NCBI GenBank assembly: GCA_011109175.1
Contig: RDEW01000007.1
Location: 371,712-435,711 of the forward strand
Length of the DNA stretch: 64,000 nt
Direction of reading: 5' to 3'
Source: Dicyema japonicum
Taxonomy: Eukaryota; Animalia; Dicyemida
The notes under the pieces are model-generated. The model was given only the letters and a program-made list of their open reading frames with translations. It made no database searches and was not told the DNA's origin. A program made the position numbers and the translations under genes. Shown here one piece after another: positions 62,690 to 64,000 of the stretch; the stretch's first letter is position 1; each line of letters begins with the position of its first letter.

Positions 62690-62829
62690 TTAATATTTAT
62701 TTCATTATGACTACAAAGTCTGTTCTTAATATAATTGTGTTAATATTAATATTTATTTCATTATGACTACAAAGTCTGTTCTTAATATAATTGTGACTGT
62801 TAATTAATTGTGTTAATTAACAGTCACAA
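62690..62829. repeat. 56-bp tandem duplication ending in a perfect 17-bp hairpin
   Basis: Copies at 62690 and 62746; TTGTGACTGTTAATTAA-TTGTG-TTAATTAACAGTCACAA at 62791-62829. Confidence 0.9.
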
Positions 62830-63039
62830 GAATTTTCCGCTAAATATATATTCACGAATCTCAGTACAGAGCCACTCTACGAAAAGCGACAGGATATCTT
62901 CTTGATGTGGTCAGGCTCTTACTAAAAGTCAAGTATTCTTAATAAACATGAACATTGCCACCACCTATGCATGGGTAACTGGTTACATTTTTATGGTTTT
63001 CTATAACAGTTTTATTAAATTAACTATTTTTTAAGTCTT

Positions 63040-63330
63040 TCACAGTCCATGTTTCCCTTTGGAATCGTAAATCTATTAATTTCTAACAATTCTTAGAATT
63101 TTCCATTTGTTCCGGATTCAAACAGAAATAAAGATCTTAAGTTCTCACAAACTTCATTTGCAGACTTAGTATAGAGTGGGCTGACAATTGCAAATCTATT
63201 AAAATTGTTTAAAAACCACCTACTATGTATATCAATGACTAGTAACAATTCGTAGGGGGACAGGGACGTCTGACTACACTTAAATGACGTCGGTGAGACC
63301 CAAAACATCCTCCAGTTTATCTTCGTTGCT
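63040..63330 (-). mobile_element. Ginger-like integrase fragment
   Basis: LLLVIDIHSR..VSPLYTKSANEVCENL. Confidence 0.6.
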
Positions 63331-63469
63331 AACGTCTAAGCCAATTATGTCGATGGGAGTCGATAGTTAGAATTATATTGACTAAAAAGTATTTACACGA
63401 TTGAAATATGACTAATATTCATTTTACTATTTTCAGAATATATGATGGCTAATACAGCTATCATGTATT

Positions 63470-63660
63470 ACCAAAATATAATTAAAATTCACGAGTGGAG
63501 TCTTTGGCCCCAAGACGGTCTCTTTCCTTAGAGCACTTGGGTGTCTATTGACCAAAGCCTCGAGGGAGCGTCGGGAAACCGAGTGGCTTTTCCAAAGGAT
63601 ATCCCTGTCAATAGTCAGAGGTAACAGTCACTCGATCATATCCGCTAGACTCAGTAATTA
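63470..63660 (+). mobile_element. CRE-like 3' end
   Basis: SFLRALG..RETEWLFQRISLSIVRGNS. Confidence 0.75.
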
Positions 63661-64000
63661 ACTACTCATTTTTCCTAATAATAAATTTTGATTTTTTCAA
63701 AAAAAAAATTAAAATTCATATAATTTATTGCATTGAGGTAATAACAGTCCAAGAGCATCGGGCCAAAATAAGTTCTCCTGCTTAGTGTTATTGTGGTTTT
63801 GAATTTTTTAGTTCGGTGTTATTGTGAATTTCATTTCATTCAATAATTTTCTAATGGCAGCTTTAAAAAGTTTTATTAACGCACTTTCATGATGTTGCTG
63901 TCATGACCAAGCATGTCCAACGCTGGAAACTAAAATAATGTCAGTCTCTTTTATTAGTTTCTGTCCGTTGCTAGTTGTGTAGTTCATTCACATCATCTCA

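Overview
AT-rich eukaryotic (animal-like) genomic DNA in a draft scaffold, with one 613-N gap and six single-N joins. No rRNA, tRNA or CRISPR array was recognised. Most of the window is transposon debris: non-LTR retroelements of at least four clades (RTE, I/Jockey/Ingi-like, R4/Dong-like, CRE-like) plus pogo/Tigger, Tc1, hAT, Ginger-like integrase fragments and a MITE. The six-frame ORF track misses the host genes because they are split by ultra-short GT-AG introns (mostly 22-27 nt). Hand splicing recovers a GH18 chitinase with a CBM14 domain, a tetraspanin, a long coiled-coil protein, a type-I membrane protein, and decayed ATR and axonemal dynein fragments fused together. Intron size and the standard genetic code suggest a tiny-intron parasitic metazoan such as a dicyemid or myxozoan (inference only). 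The top finding is a ~52-bp 'minisatellite' at 31.2-32.3 kb that is a spliced gene: a signal peptide followed by tandem units of a 25-nt intron plus a symmetric 24/27/33-nt micro-exon encoding mucin-like Ser/Thr peptides, resembling schistosome micro-exon genes but with micro-introns. Also notable are a viral-type 2A (StopGo) motif at the start of a LINE ORF and a multi-clade chimeric LINE whose RTE plus I-like 3' part is present twice. Many frameshifts in otherwise intact genes fall in homopolymers and are probably sequencing errors. Family assignments come from motif recognition only, with no database search, and element boundaries are approximate.
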